Assembly (NCBI GenBank): GCA_012295275.1
Contig: CM022665.1
Coordinates: forward strand, 33,294,001-33,358,000
Reading direction: 5' to 3'
From: Chrysomallon squamiferum
Lineage: Eukaryota; Animalia; Mollusca
Length of the DNA stretch: 64,000 nucleotides
This document shows positions 41,367 through 54,138 of the stretch, in pieces; within the stretch, counting starts at the first letter, position 1; each line of letters opens with the position of its first letter. Both the position numbers and the translations under genes were made by a program. The notes beneath the pieces were generated by a model. The model was not told the DNA's origin. It saw nothing but the letters and a program-made list of their open reading frames with translations, and searched no databases.

Positions 41367-42794
41367 ATGAAAAAAAACAATGTCTTAGTCATTCGACATT
41401 TGCCATCTAATATGTCTGAAGATGATAAAAAAGATTTTCTGTGTCATTTTGGAGCCAGAAATGTGTGCATAATGCACACTGTGGGTCCAATGAAGCACAC
41501 TGCATTTGCAGAGTTTAAAGATGATGAGTTCGCTTATCAAGCCCTAATAAGGTTGCATCAGTTGGAAATTGCTGGATCACGACTTGTAGTAGAATTTGCA
41601 AAATATCCTAGGGTTAAGTACAAGAAAGGTTTGGACCTAAAACCAGAATGTCAAGCTTCAGCTAAGGAAACAGAACAGGAGGGAGTTTTAAATTATTTTA
41701 AACATGATTCCTTACAAAAGCTGGGATTGAACTTTTCACAGAATCCACTTTTGCATTATCTGTATCCTCCACTAAACGTACCAATTTTGGAAAATATAAC
41801 AAATGCTTTAACTTCTCAACCCAAGTTTTATGTTCAAGTTCTTCATTTGATGAACAAACTGAATTTACCAGCACCTTTTGGACCTTTACATCCAACACCA
41901 CCTATTACACCTATTTTAGCTGAAAACAATTTGCTAGAAACGAATGAAAATGAAGTAAGAAATCAGGAAATGAGCATATCTTCAACAGAATCAGAAATTG
42001 AGAGCTGTAGTGAAATGGAACATACAACACCTGAAAAACAGCCTTCTGCTAAACGACAATTTGAACAATCACGAAAAAATGTAAAAAAGATTAAACTGAT
42101 ATCTGATACATTTCAAGCAGGTAAAACAGCACCAGTGCAGCAGCCTACCTGGAAACCGAATGAAGTCTTTGAACAAACAAATGCTACAGCATCTCATACC
42201 AAGAAAATTGATATGAAGTTGCCATCTAATATCAAACCCAAAAATGTGAATAATAAAATAATGTCTTTTTCTGTTGAGCAGGATGACTGCACTGTAGAAA
42301 GATCTGGCTTTGGAAAATTTGAACCAAATGAAAAACTTCAAGAACAGCTTGAAGAGACTGAAGGCATTAGTGATGAAGGTAGTAATAGATATATCACTTT
42401 AAAGGAGCTAAGAATGGGAAGACTTTCTCAGAATCAACAAAAGGAAATGCCTGTGTTCAGAAACTACAACAGAGGAAATACAAGTTGTCGGTTGTATGTT
42501 AAAAATTTGGCTAAACAGGTAACAGAAAAAGATCTCCAGTATATCTATGGGCGTTACATTAATATGGAACTGGAAAATCATCGAAATATTTTTGATATCA
42601 GGCTTATGAAAGAAGGCAGAATGAAAGGACAGGCATTTGTTACACTTCCTACAGAACAAATAGCTACAGAAGCCTTGGAAGACACCAATGGATATGTATT
42701 GATGGGCAAACCGATAGTTTGTCAGTTTGCAAGATCTGCTAAGGCAAAGGAAAAGGCTGATGCTGGAGATGAAACAATAACATATTTTAACTGA
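41367..42794 (+). CDS. RNPC3: U11/U12 snRNP 65K protein (RNA-binding region-containing protein 3), single coding exon, 475 aa
   Basis: RRM1 LVIRHLP..KHTAFAEF..ALIRLHQLEIAGSRLVVEFAK; conserved YLYPP..ILENITNAL..PKFYVQVLHLMNKLNLPAPFGP; RRM2 CRLYVKNLAKQVTEKDLQYIYGRY..FDIRLMKEGRMKGQAF..NGYVLMGKPIVCQFARSA. A splice acceptor (TCTAG, 41299-41303) lies in the 5'UTR. Confidence 0.96.
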   Translation: MKKNNVLVIRHLPSNMSEDDKKDFLCHFGARNVCIMHTVGPMKHTAFAEFKDDEFAYQALIRLHQLEIAGSRLVVEFAKYPRVKYKKGLDLKPECQASAKETEQEGVLNYFKHDSLQKLGLNFSQNPLLHYLYPPLNVPILENITNALTSQPKFYVQVLHLMNKLNLPAPFGPLHPTPPITPILAENNLLETNENEVRNQEMSISSTESEIESCSEMEHTTPEKQPSAKRQFEQSRKNVKKIKLISDTFQAGKTAPVQQPTWKPNEVFEQTNATASHTKKIDMKLPSNIKPKNVNNKIMSFSVEQDDCTVERSGFGKFEPNEKLQEQLEETEGISDEGSNRYITLKELRMGRLSQNQQKEMPVFRNYNRGNTSCRLYVKNLAKQVTEKDLQYIYGRYINMELENHRNIFDIRLMKEGRMKGQAFVTLPTEQIATEALEDTNGYVLMGKPIVCQFARSAKAKEKADAGDETITYFN

Positions 42795-43216
42795 TGTTTA
42801 ATGCCTGTTGTTTGGAATTTAGTTATTAATAAAGCAAGCTGGCATACATTGTATTATGAATATATTTTTAATTGCTAAATCTGCACACACAAAGCTGTCT
42901 GCTGAACATAACATTTTGAGTAATTTTTTTATTACCTGGTAGCTCTCAATTCTTTCAAACTAATTTGAGCTGTAACTAAATAGCATCATGTGTAGTTTTT
43001 GTTATTTTTTCATGAGTTCTCAAAATATATCCCCAGTATAGCAGATAGGCATTACAGATATTAATATTATTTATTAGAATAAATTAACAATTCCATATTT
43101 TAATAGTAGATTGATATTAAAACAAAAATTATCACTATTCGTTTTAACAATAAGTGGACAGTTCCATAATTAGATATAACTTAACAAAAATCTGTTCACA
43201 TTACATAAAAATATTA

Positions 43217-44455
43217 CCGTATATACTTGTGTATAAGTCGAATTTTTGGGAGACTATATTAAGGTAATATTTTGGGGGTCGACTTATACATAGGTAATGC
43301 TTTTGTAGCTGTTGCCGAAGAGTCGCCATTTTGACTATTTTTTGCTACGGGATGCATCTAAAATAATCGCGGTCTTTCAGCTTTTCAAAAATATAATTTT
43401 ATCGTATACAAAATTTGGAAAAATTAAATAACAAAACCAAATATGAAGGTAAAGCATGATATTCTTCCGTTTAATGACATAAAAATACATTTTAAAGCGA
43501 GAAAACCGTCAATACGGCGTTATGCCTTACGGCGTCTTGCAATGATCTAGGAATGCAGACTTCTCTGCCAAATTGCACTAAATATCGGTCCTAATTTCAT
43601 AAACAAAACTCACTTGTTTAATTGTAAAGAATTTGGTGAAATAATATTGCAATCGTCATTAATATCCACTACCGACAAATTTTGTAAATCATAGAACGGC
43701 TAAATATAAAGGTAAGTTAGGTCTCCATGTTAGACCTATTACATTAAAGAGATACTATTTATGATACATTTAGGCTATAGCTCGTGTAATACATGCATTT
43801 ATGTTATTATGGTATGTTCGTGCAAGTTATGTTACAGTAGGCTAAATATCGGTCCTAATTTCATAAACAATCATAGAACGGCTAAATATAACGGTAAGTT
43901 AGGTCTCCATGTTAGACCTATTACATTAAAGAGATACTATTTATGATACATTTAGGCTATAGCTCGTGTAATACATGCATTTATGTTATTATGGTATGTT
44001 CGTGCAAGTTATGTTACAGTAGGCTAAATATCGGTCCTAATTTCATAAACAAAACTCACTTGTTTAATTGTAAAGAATTTGGTGAAATAATATTGCAATC
44101 GTCATTAATATCCACTACCGACAAATTTTGTAAATCATAGAACGGCTAAATATAACGGTAAGTTAGGTCTCCATGTTAGACCTATTACATTAAAGAGATA
44201 CTATTTATGATACATTTAGGCTATAGCTCGTGTAATACATGCATTTATGTTATTATGGTATGTTCGTGCAAGTTATGTTACAGTAGGCGTACAATGTAGG
44301 CCTTCATGGCAATGTCACACTGGTCTAAAAATAGTGATGGTGCCTGGAAGCTACAGTCGACTTATACACAAGTAATACCTAAAATGACGCAATTTTTGGT
44401 CTTAAAATACACATCAACTTATACATAAGGTCGCCTTGTACACAAGTATATACGG
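43217..44455. mobile_element. Tc2/pogo-like MITE, copy 2, with internal tandem triplication
   Basis: TA|CCGTATATACTTGTGTATAAG ... TACACAAGTATATACGG|TA. Internal units start at 43578, 43842 and 44024. The ORFs 43761-43946 and 43943-44140 share an identical N-terminal half because of this duplication. Confidence 0.92.
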
Positions 44456-47400
44456 TATTTGTAGTGAATTAATATAAATTTTATTATTTTTACCAGAAAT
44501 ATATAAATGGGAATGTACTTCATAATACATATATTTTATACAATTGTCAACAGCTAGGTTTAAGACATAGTTGTAAAAATGTTCCCAGTTTTTGTATTCT
44601 GTAATGCTCAAGTCATCTTAAAAATATAAAATTTTATGGAACACACCTCCTCCAGTTAGTTCTTTTCTTATGGCATGCTGGAAAATAAAAAAGGCTTTAA
44701 AATAGGAAAATTATTTTATTTTGTAAAGTTACTCCAGTGGATGTAATCTGAGCGATTCTGTTTTAATAATATTTGGTATGCATGTTTTGCTCTGTCATCT
44801 TTTATATTCTTGGGCCAGTCTTTAGCCCTCCATATCTCAGCAACTAGTAGGCTGATCTTCATAATGTTGGTGTTTATGAAAAACAGTAGTTTAATTTTGG
44901 AATGCATTTTGTTGTTTCTCTATTTTATTAATATGTGAGGCATACTGCATAGCAATGTTGAATATGTGGTGTAATATGCACTGATGAACATTATCATTAG
45001 AATAATTGCAGGTTGCTGCATGACAGCAAAGAAACAAGACAATGGATACACTAGTAAATCCTCTATGGCTTTGGTATACTTTTGAATGTTTGAGAAAGTT
45101 TTGTTACGTCATCCAATGCACATCATGATCTTGACATGCAGATAATGCTTTTATCGTAACAGATACTTCTTCCTTTGGACAAAGAACTTTGTTTTATGCT
45201 GACAGACAAAATGTAACATTCGTTACAATAACATCTATCATACAATTATGTAATAATTTTCATTGTATTGTTATTTTCAAGCTAAATTATAACTGGTAGT
45301 CTTGTATAGCCATATCACATTCTATTCTAAGTGCAAATATTTACATGCGCAGTTTCCAGATTTCAGACAGTTTTGAGATAATGTTGGTGTTTATCCATTT
45401 TGGCTCTTTTCCCTGTGAAACAAAGTTCCTGATGGCCAAATTCCTGGAAATGTAATGTGCATCATTCTGGTGTTAATGCTTTCAGCCACAAAATATACCT
45501 TTCTGAAATGTTTAAAGTGCTACAATCCAGATATATAGATAGATCAAGCAGTAATGGAAGGATATTTTGTTAACTTGTTCTCGTGAAATTGCTTGTATTG
45601 AACAAACAGCTTGCACTTTGGTTAGTTTTGTTGCTAAATGGTTCCTCTACACTTGTATAATTAAATTAATCACTTTTAAAAAAAAAAAAAAATCATAAAT
45701 TGGTTTTTGAAACTTAGTTAAAACAACAAAGCTTTTTGTTTTCCTTGGTTAGTTTGCATTATCTGTTGTTGTTAGCAACCAGTATCAATGAATGTAGTAC
45801 TAAAATCAAGTTTAAATATATAAATCTGAATAAGTCAAAAATAAAATTTTTAATAAAAAGAAAATCATGGTAACTAAAAAAAAGCATTGGAGAGGTTATG
45901 GATGCCCAAAATTATTACATTTTGTTGTATTTCTTTTTTGACACTTTACTTTGTTGCCCCTAATTAATACCTGCAAACCTTTCTGAAAGCTAAATTTGTG
46001 TACTGCAGCAAATGTTTTTAATCCTTTTAGGTAATATGTGTGTGTGTATGAATAGTTGGTTGTATCAAATGAGTTGATGTTATCCAAAAAAAATCTGATG
46101 ACTAACATGTAATTATACAACAGCTTTAAATAACACAGCATACCTTTCTTTACACATGCAATTTGATTTTTCACATTTAAATATTATAAATAATCAGTTC
46201 AAAAATATTTGTCCTTTTCATCAAATGTCCTTCAGTTACCAAAAAAAAGATGTTTATTACTAAAGTAAATTATTTATAAAATTTTTTTACACAATATAAA
46301 CATTAAATGATTTGGGATTCCTAATGAGTTGTAACTTCAGTTTATTTTAAATCACTTTAATTTAATTTAGTCAGACTAACAAATTAAAATCCTGTATCTG
46401 TTACCAGTAACTTTTAACAATATTTTTCAGACTTTTTGATAACATCAATTCATTTGATAAACCAACTACTCACACACATACACACCAGTAAGAAAGGTGT
46501 TTTTCTGATCTGAAAAAGCGCCTCTGGCATTTCTTAACGATGTCTACTATATCATCTTGTCATGAATGCAACGTGTAAACTGGAACGTCTCTCTCTTTGC
46601 ACAGTCAGGCCAGCAGATGTTCTAAGGTAAGGTTCTCTTTGTCAAATAAGCTAGGTAAATCACATATTGTTTTTAAATGAAACAGAAGCATTGCATTATT
46701 TTTCAAATTAGTCTGAAAAAATAGTTAATTTGGAATTGTTAATGTAACGATACAATTTTATTTTTATTCTTTTTTTTCTTTACATTATTATTTTAAAAAA
46801 TGAATGCTGTTTTAAGAGTTTATCAGGATCACTTTAGCGAAAACAGAACACGTGTATGAAAACAACACGTTCTTTGCTGGTAAATGCGTCTAGTTTTATT
46901 AATATATTTCACTGAACATTTATTTAAGGATTACATTATACATTGTTTTCGGTTATTGTATTTTCTTTATTTTGAAATAGCAAAAATTAGTAACATATGT
47001 TCTCAAAAATGATTGGTTATCCGATATATATATTTACATGGTATTGTTCTTACGTCGGAATATGTAACAAAACAGACACTACATTAACAATTAGAATATT
47101 TACCCCTATTAGAAAGATAAGTTTAATAATAATAATAACTTTTTCCGATTAAAAGAATGTTCTCGATTCATTACCGTATATGAATGGTTGTCTTGTTTAT
47201 TACCATAGAATTTAAGAATAATTTAATATTTAGTTTAAAGTATAGTTAACCTGAAACCTTGGAATATATTTCGCATATATAAGAAACGAAACATAGCAAA
47301 TAAATATGATATATAAATGAATAAATAAAAAAATTAATTTAAAAAAAGAAGAAAAAGAAGAGAAAATAATTACAAAAATGCTCGAGTTAAATTACTTCTT

Positions 47401-48048
47401 CTTGTATGTGCAATGCAGCTGTTACATGTGAAATATTTCAGCTTTATCAAAGAATTGACAGATTATCTATACCTATATACAACAAAAGTAATTATAACTA
47501 GAAAAAAAGGTGTTGTAAGGTGACGTTTGAAGACTTAGAGCCTGTGAAATTAGTAAATGAAAAGTTTTTCGAAAAGATTGACGGTTGAAAATGTTTTGTG
47601 TTTACTTTTCTCTGTTATGTGTGTGTGTGTGTGTGTTCGTGTTCTACTGAGTTTCGAATATTAAGAGCTAAGCAGGCAGATAAGAAGAGTAAAGTAAGAT
47701 AACTGAGAGTGATTTAAAACAAGTACATTTAAAACGAAGATAAATACAAATTTTGGATAATATAAAAATTCTATAGAACAACTAAATACTACTAATACTA
47801 GTACTACTAATAATAATAATCTTCAAAAATATATAGTTATGTTATCTAGACGTTTGCTCGTAAAATATATGACGAATATAATATATTGAAGGATACTTTT
47901 ATAGAAAATACTAGTTATATTATAATTTACTTTTTTATTCTGTTTCTTTACTTTTTCTTTAATTTCTTTCTTTCTTTCTTTCTTTCTTATTATTATTGGT
48001 GTTGTTTTTTTAATTGTTTCTACTTATTTATTAGTATTATCATTTATT

Positions 48049-48050
<2 letters not shown>

Positions 48051-48140
<90 letters not shown>
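48051..48140. repeat. Compound (CT)n(CA)n microsatellite
   Basis: Directly visible dinucleotide tracts. Confidence 0.95.
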
Positions 48141-48316
48141 TTTTATTCGGTGAACTTATTTATTAGTACTCTCGTATAAAAATAGAACTGAAGCGTGCTC
48201 AGATCGTTTTAAGTGTCTACTTCATATCCCTCCTCGCAACACAAATAAAAAATGGGCATGGATATGAATCAAAATGATAAATTTTCACAGGATGAACTAA
48301 TGGTAATAAAATAACG

Positions 48317-48367
<51 letters not shown>

Positions 48368-48385
48368 TTACTTTCATTTATTGAT

Positions 48386-48420
<35 letters not shown>

Positions 48421-48571
48421 TGATTTTTTATTTGGCCCTGTTAATCCGTTAATTCGAGGTTCTGCTATAATTCCAGATACAGACAAACCTTGACATGAAA
48501 ACAACAATTTTAATTATAACGTGATTTTACAAACGATTATGTTGTATACTTTATTTATATTACAGATTAAA

Positions 48572-50775
48572 ATGAATCCACTCATCCTCTTACTATCAAT
48601 GTTGGTGACTGTCAGTAATGCACATGAAGGCCATCATCACGAATCCGTAACGGACTTGAAGCAAATCAATAGTTTTAACGACCCTAAAATGGTCAGAAAT
48701 GAACAGTGAGTTATTATTGTGTGTTGTTTATCATCATATATAAATAAAAGTGTGCGTCAATACTGCATAACATTCACATAGCCCTTTTATTTAAAAACTA
48801 AAATCACTCATTAATTCAGACCATCTTAATATCAATTAGCTTATAGCCATGTTATCTACAACGACATTAATAACATTTATGAAAATCAGTATTATCTTCG
48901 TACTTATAGTCTAACAGTCGTTATTAGGAACAGCTTTATTAGTTCTATTAAAAATTTCGATTAGCTCGGATTAAAAAGTAAATCTATTTGTTTATTTATT
49001 TATTTGTTGTTGTTGTTTTTTTTTTTTTTTTTTTTTTTTTTTTTGAAAAGCAAAAAATACCAGACTGCACAAAAAATTTATGGAGTGAAAAACGCAAAAT
49101 TTAATTAATCAGTCATATTTTAATTTGATTCTGACTATTTATTTATTTTTATTTTAAATTAAAAAAGTATTTCTGGCAATATCGCTTCAGAATTTTGTAT
49201 GTCTTTAGTCCATGCTAATTCTTAACACAATTTTCAGCGAATCTTCTTAGAACGGTTAGAATTAAAAGTAATAAGCGCTTTGAAATTTTGCAATTTCAGA
49301 CATTTAAAAGAACATATGCAAAACGAAATGAATACCGATAAACCTTTGACCCCAGAAGAAATGGAATTTCATTATTTTCGGTAAGTCATTTTCCATAAGT
49401 AACTATCACTATACGTGAAGAGACTCCACTACAGACACACAATTGTGATAATAAATGAATATTTTCCTTTTTGTTTCTCGTATATCAGTATTTAGTTTTT
49501 GTACTATCAATCTAAAATAAATGGCAATACCTTCCGAGTGATGTAACCCTGCTTTTTATATTTATTTTTAAAATGTAGATGTCATATAACAAAGATGATT
49601 TTTTTTTTCGACATAAATATAAATTACTTTCTTTGCAAAGCTCTGATTAGATCGTCCTTTTTTCATACATTTCCGTAATGGAAGCAACCTTAAGACAAAA
49701 GAAAAGAAAAGGGGAAAAAATATTACTTAATTGATAAATGGCATTTTAGGTAATCGGGAAAAAAATGGGTTTTGTCATTGGGGATAATTTCTATTTGTGT
49801 ATCTAGATATATCTTGTTTTATAGCCTTCATGACTTGAATAATGATACTAGGCTAGACGGTCTTGAAATACTGAAAGCACTATTACATATGATACCAGCT
49901 ATCCCTTCGGATTTTAAGAAACAGACGCCGGAGCAAATAGAGAAACAACAAATACAACATGAGAAAGAAATGTTTCCGAGATTTATTAGTAAGTTTTGGG
50001 TATTTAGATAAATAGTAGTAACCCCCCTTTAAAAAAAAAAAAATTAACTATTTAATTATATTTAAGTTACAATTATTATATATAATATTTAAATGAAGTT
50101 TGTATGAGATTTAAATTATAACAGTTGTTTTATATTGCAGATTGTGAGATTTAAAAATAAATATATTAATATATGTATCTCTTTTATGTTTAGTGGTATG
50201 AATATTTTAAAATGATTTAGTATTAATAAATATCCAACATAAAGATTACAAATGTGGTTCAAACTAAACTGCTAATGAAATTTCTTCTTTTTTTCTTTTT
50301 TTTTTTTACAGTGATAATTGATAAAGTCCTCTTAGAGGATGACGTAGATAGAGATGGTTATATAAGTTATCCAGAATATATGTCTGCTAGACGTCGCGAT
50401 GAAATACGCATGCGTGAAAGTTTGGCGAGGCAGGGAATGCATGCACAACAGTTTCAACAACAACAACATAATGACAATCAGCCTATCCAGTACCAATATC
50501 AACAGCCACGACAGTATCAAAATCAAGAGCACAACAATCAACTTTCTGGTCAGCCAAATCAACAACAATTTCAACAGCAGCCAAATCAGATGCAATTTCA
50601 GCAGCAGCCAAATCAACAACACTTTCAACAGCAGCCAAACCAACAACACTTTCAACAACAGCTAAATCAACAACAATTTCAACAGCAGCCAAATCAACAA
50701 CAATTTCAACAACAGACAAACGAACAGCCAAACCAAAAGATTCCGCCAGGGATTAATCCTCAGCATTATCAATAA
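48572..50775 (+). CDS. MCFD2-like secretory two-EF-hand protein with Gln-rich repetitive C-terminal tail, 4 coding exons, 280 aa
   Basis: Exons 48572-48705 (signal peptide MNPLILLLSMLVTVSNA, then HEGHHH), 49300-49380 (HLKEHM..LTPEEMEFHYFR), 49825-49988 (LHDLNNDTRLDGLEILKAL, EF1) and 50312-50775 (IIDKVLLEDDVDRDGYISYPEY, EF2, then the Q-rich tail). GT-AG, 843 nt in frame. HLKEH/EFHYF/HD.N..LDGLE are MCFD2 family signatures. Confidence 0.9.
50551..50712 (+). repeat. Coding 27-bp tandem repeat x6 (QPNQQ[Q/H]FQQ)
   Basis: Unit CAGCCAAATCAACAAC(A)ATTTCAACAG repeated six times in frame with minor variation. Confidence 0.92.
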
Positions 50776-53116
50776 TATATATATTTTTTTAAGTTTAAGT
50801 ATGAATAAAATTTGGATGAATCTAATGACGGATAAAAACGAGATCCTGCGATCAGTAACAGAAAATATGAAATTATTTGATCCTTTGCAACATACAATTC
50901 TTATATCATTATTGTTATTATTTTTCTATCTCCAAGTCTTTCTTCTTTTTTTTTTTTCCCTTCTTTTTTAATTCTGTTTTATTTTTTTTTTCTATTGCTT
51001 TATTAATTAATTTCTTTCTTTTTTTTTGCTATTTTTGTGCTATTTTTTTGCTATTTTTTCTAGGCTACTAAAAGATTGTGATACCTGTATACGACTACAT
51101 ATTTCTTTTTACCTTATTTTTTATAATCATACATGTATTCACAAAGCAGGTCGATAAATAATTAATTAAAATTTAAGAAAAGGCTTATAGTAATATTGTG
51201 AATAACGATTTATTTTAATTATCATTATCTTTTAAAGAGTTGCCAAAAAAAAAAAAAAAAATAATAATAATAATAATAAATAAATAAATAAATAAAACTA
51301 TCATTAGTCTTTTGTAATGATGAATTACTTGTATTAACAATAACTGTATTTTTAAAATCATTTTAAAAATAAAGTAAATAAAATGTGTTACTTCACTGCT
51401 GATACAGACATGAAGAACACCTGTCGTTAAGGTTTGTATGAAGCAAAATAAATTCAAAATAAATAAATAATATAATTAATCGAACTTTTTCGTGTGTATA
51501 ATAGTTTTTGTAATAAACTATCCATCGCAAACGAAAGAACAACAAGGTATTGCATTTATTAATTTTATTAGGAAAGGTGAACAATAAATGTCTTCAACTG
51601 TTAAATATAATGTTTTATTATATAGTTATTCAAAGTTATTCAGCTCAGAATACAAATTTAGAATACAATTTTCCGTATACAGTTCTGTTCACGATACTCT
51701 ATTTCTTGCAAATATAGCACAACCGTGCTTTAACTAGACTCTTTTTGCAATGAGGCAAAAACACTTAATCGCCGATAAACCTGTTTGATATCTGATGTCT
51801 TTGAAGTCAGTTGTCTTTCATCGCAACCATATCGGTAGACTTCAAACGGTAACTGTAGACATAAACGAATTCATTCAGTGGAAATCGTTTTTATCGGAAT
51901 AGAGATTTATATTTTATATTTTTAATATAAAATCTTTGTATATATGTAATTTTGGTATGAGTTATTTGCCTCAATGCTGTTACGGTGATTACAACATTAA
52001 CTGGAAAATACCTTTGAGATCTTACGTAAATAAAACTATTTACACCAATTTTGTTTTCGTTTTCAAAATCAGAAAGCTAAACATGGATGTATTTTAGTAA
52101 AATAATATTTTTTTGGAATGATGTGACCACGTCATTTATTTGTTTGATAAATTACTGAAATACAGAGCAAACGTCAAACAAGACGAGACAGTTAAATACA
52201 AAACTTTATTACAAAATGTAACTGTCTTATTTATTTCAAAGAATTTGTGTTTCACTAAACCAAGTGTAAATCTAGCCAAACTTAAAGTTTACTTCCCAAA
52301 CGAGAAATTCCATAAATGTTAACACAAGAAAATATAACAACTCTGCAGAAAATTTTTGATGACATTTTCGTTTTCACCTTTTCTTCTCACAAACTTACCA
52401 ACTTGCAGCCGATGAAATAAAATTAATCTTTCCTTATAAAATATTATTGGCTGAAACATTTTTCCCCTCGAATTGGTGATACATGTATTTTATTGTGTAT
52501 CATTATTGTAAGCCCTTTTGTAAACGATATCATTTAAAATAAATGTTTCTTTTTTCATTCACTTTTGTATATCATGCACTAGATATTGTAAATATAAACA
52601 TTAGTAGCTCAGCGTCTATATATTTATTATTTGTGATCATATATATATATAAAAAAAAAAAAAAAAAAAATCTTCTAGCTGTAAAGATACTTCAGTATGA
52701 TAAATATTATGTAAGAATAGGACATAATAAAATTATAACCAGTAACAAAGAAAGTATATTTTTTTTGTATTTCAGTTTAATTATGAGTTTAATCGTTTAG
52801 TAGAAAAACAAAAAATAATAATAATAAATAAATAAACTTTTACGTAATTTTGTTTCAGTATAAGCTTGTTAAACAGTTTACTGAAGGCTTGTTATAATCC
52901 CATTTGGCTTATATTATGATTATGTGGGGAAAAGGTTTTTTGTGTGGTTTTTTTAACGCAGGCTGAACCCTGGTGGTATATGTACAATACACATGCCATA
53001 ACTGGCTGCTAATTACATATTCAAAATGTCAAATATATACGTTATTTCATACCAGGTTAGTTAGAATATCACAATATCGATATCATGGAATCACAAATGC
53101 ATAATAAATAAATAAA

Positions 53117-53149
<33 letters not shown>

Positions 53150-53270
53150 AAAGATGTATTTCACATGCAAAGTCTACAACATAAAAAAAGAAGAAAGAAC
53201 TCCTATTTTTACTGATACTACACCAACAAAGGCATACACATATGACCACACATATTACTAAAATTATAAA

Positions 53271-53303
<33 letters not shown>

Positions 53304-53906
53304 AAGTTTAAATCATACTATCCAAAATTTAAAAATCATATTTTTTGTTTTTTTATAAATTATATATATATATTTGAAATCTGTAGAATTTGATTAAAAA
53401 TAGATAGGTTTTAATTCATCTTTAATATTTACACATTTACCAAGCATACAGATGTGCTGTAAGTTTAAATTTAATATGTATTTCTTATATTACAGTGAAT
53501 TTAAATCACAAGCAAAAAATAGATTAATAATTTTAGGATGACCAATAATAAAGTAAACGAACAACATTATTATATGTAGGCCTATAAAATGGAGTGAAAA
53601 ATATTTTTAAAGAAAACAATATAAAAAAAAATTGTTATTCCTTGTGTATAAAATTCACCAAATTATAATGACAAAATGGTTTAAATTTGGAAATTTGTTA
53701 TAGTACATAATGGTTATTTCTATTACAATTCAACAAGGAGATAAGAGATGTTGGCTCTCAGACTTTTAACACATTTGGTTATCTAAGTATTTTTTTTTCA
53801 CTCTCCGCTTAGAAACCAACCTTCTACAACCTTCACAAAAGTGAAAACACAGAATATAATAGAAGCATTCTAAGTTATAAATATTGTTGTACATTTTCCC
53901 CGTTTA

Positions 53907-54138
53907 CATGTACCAGGCCAATTATCCGGCGTCCTGAAATCCTGAAAGTCCAGAAAACCGGAAGTTTTTTCCCGATGCTATTTTCATAGTTCGCGCGGTT
54001 TTCTTTGTCTTTTTAATTTTTAAATGCTCATGCCAAATTATTTACGTATTTAGATGCCTTGGTACCAGAAAAACGGAAAATGAAGAAATCCGGAATGCCT
54101 CAGGCCCCAAGGAGTCCGGATATTTGGTCCGGTACGTG
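53907..54138. mobile_element. Tigger/pogo-like MITE (232 bp)
   Basis: TA-flanked imperfect TIRs CATGTACCAGGCCAATTATCCGG / CCGGATATTTGGTCCGGTACGTG, with internal AAA(A)CCGGAA-like repeats. Confidence 0.75.

Noticed and set aside
43578-44288. Repeated units and duplicate ORFs as a CRISPR-like array or tandem gene pair
   Set aside because: No unique spacers. It is an internal duplication of a MITE in eukaryotic DNA.
50332-50731. Overlapping repetitive ORFs in other frames and on the minus strand
   Set aside because: Shadow frames of the 27-bp Gln-rich coding repeat.
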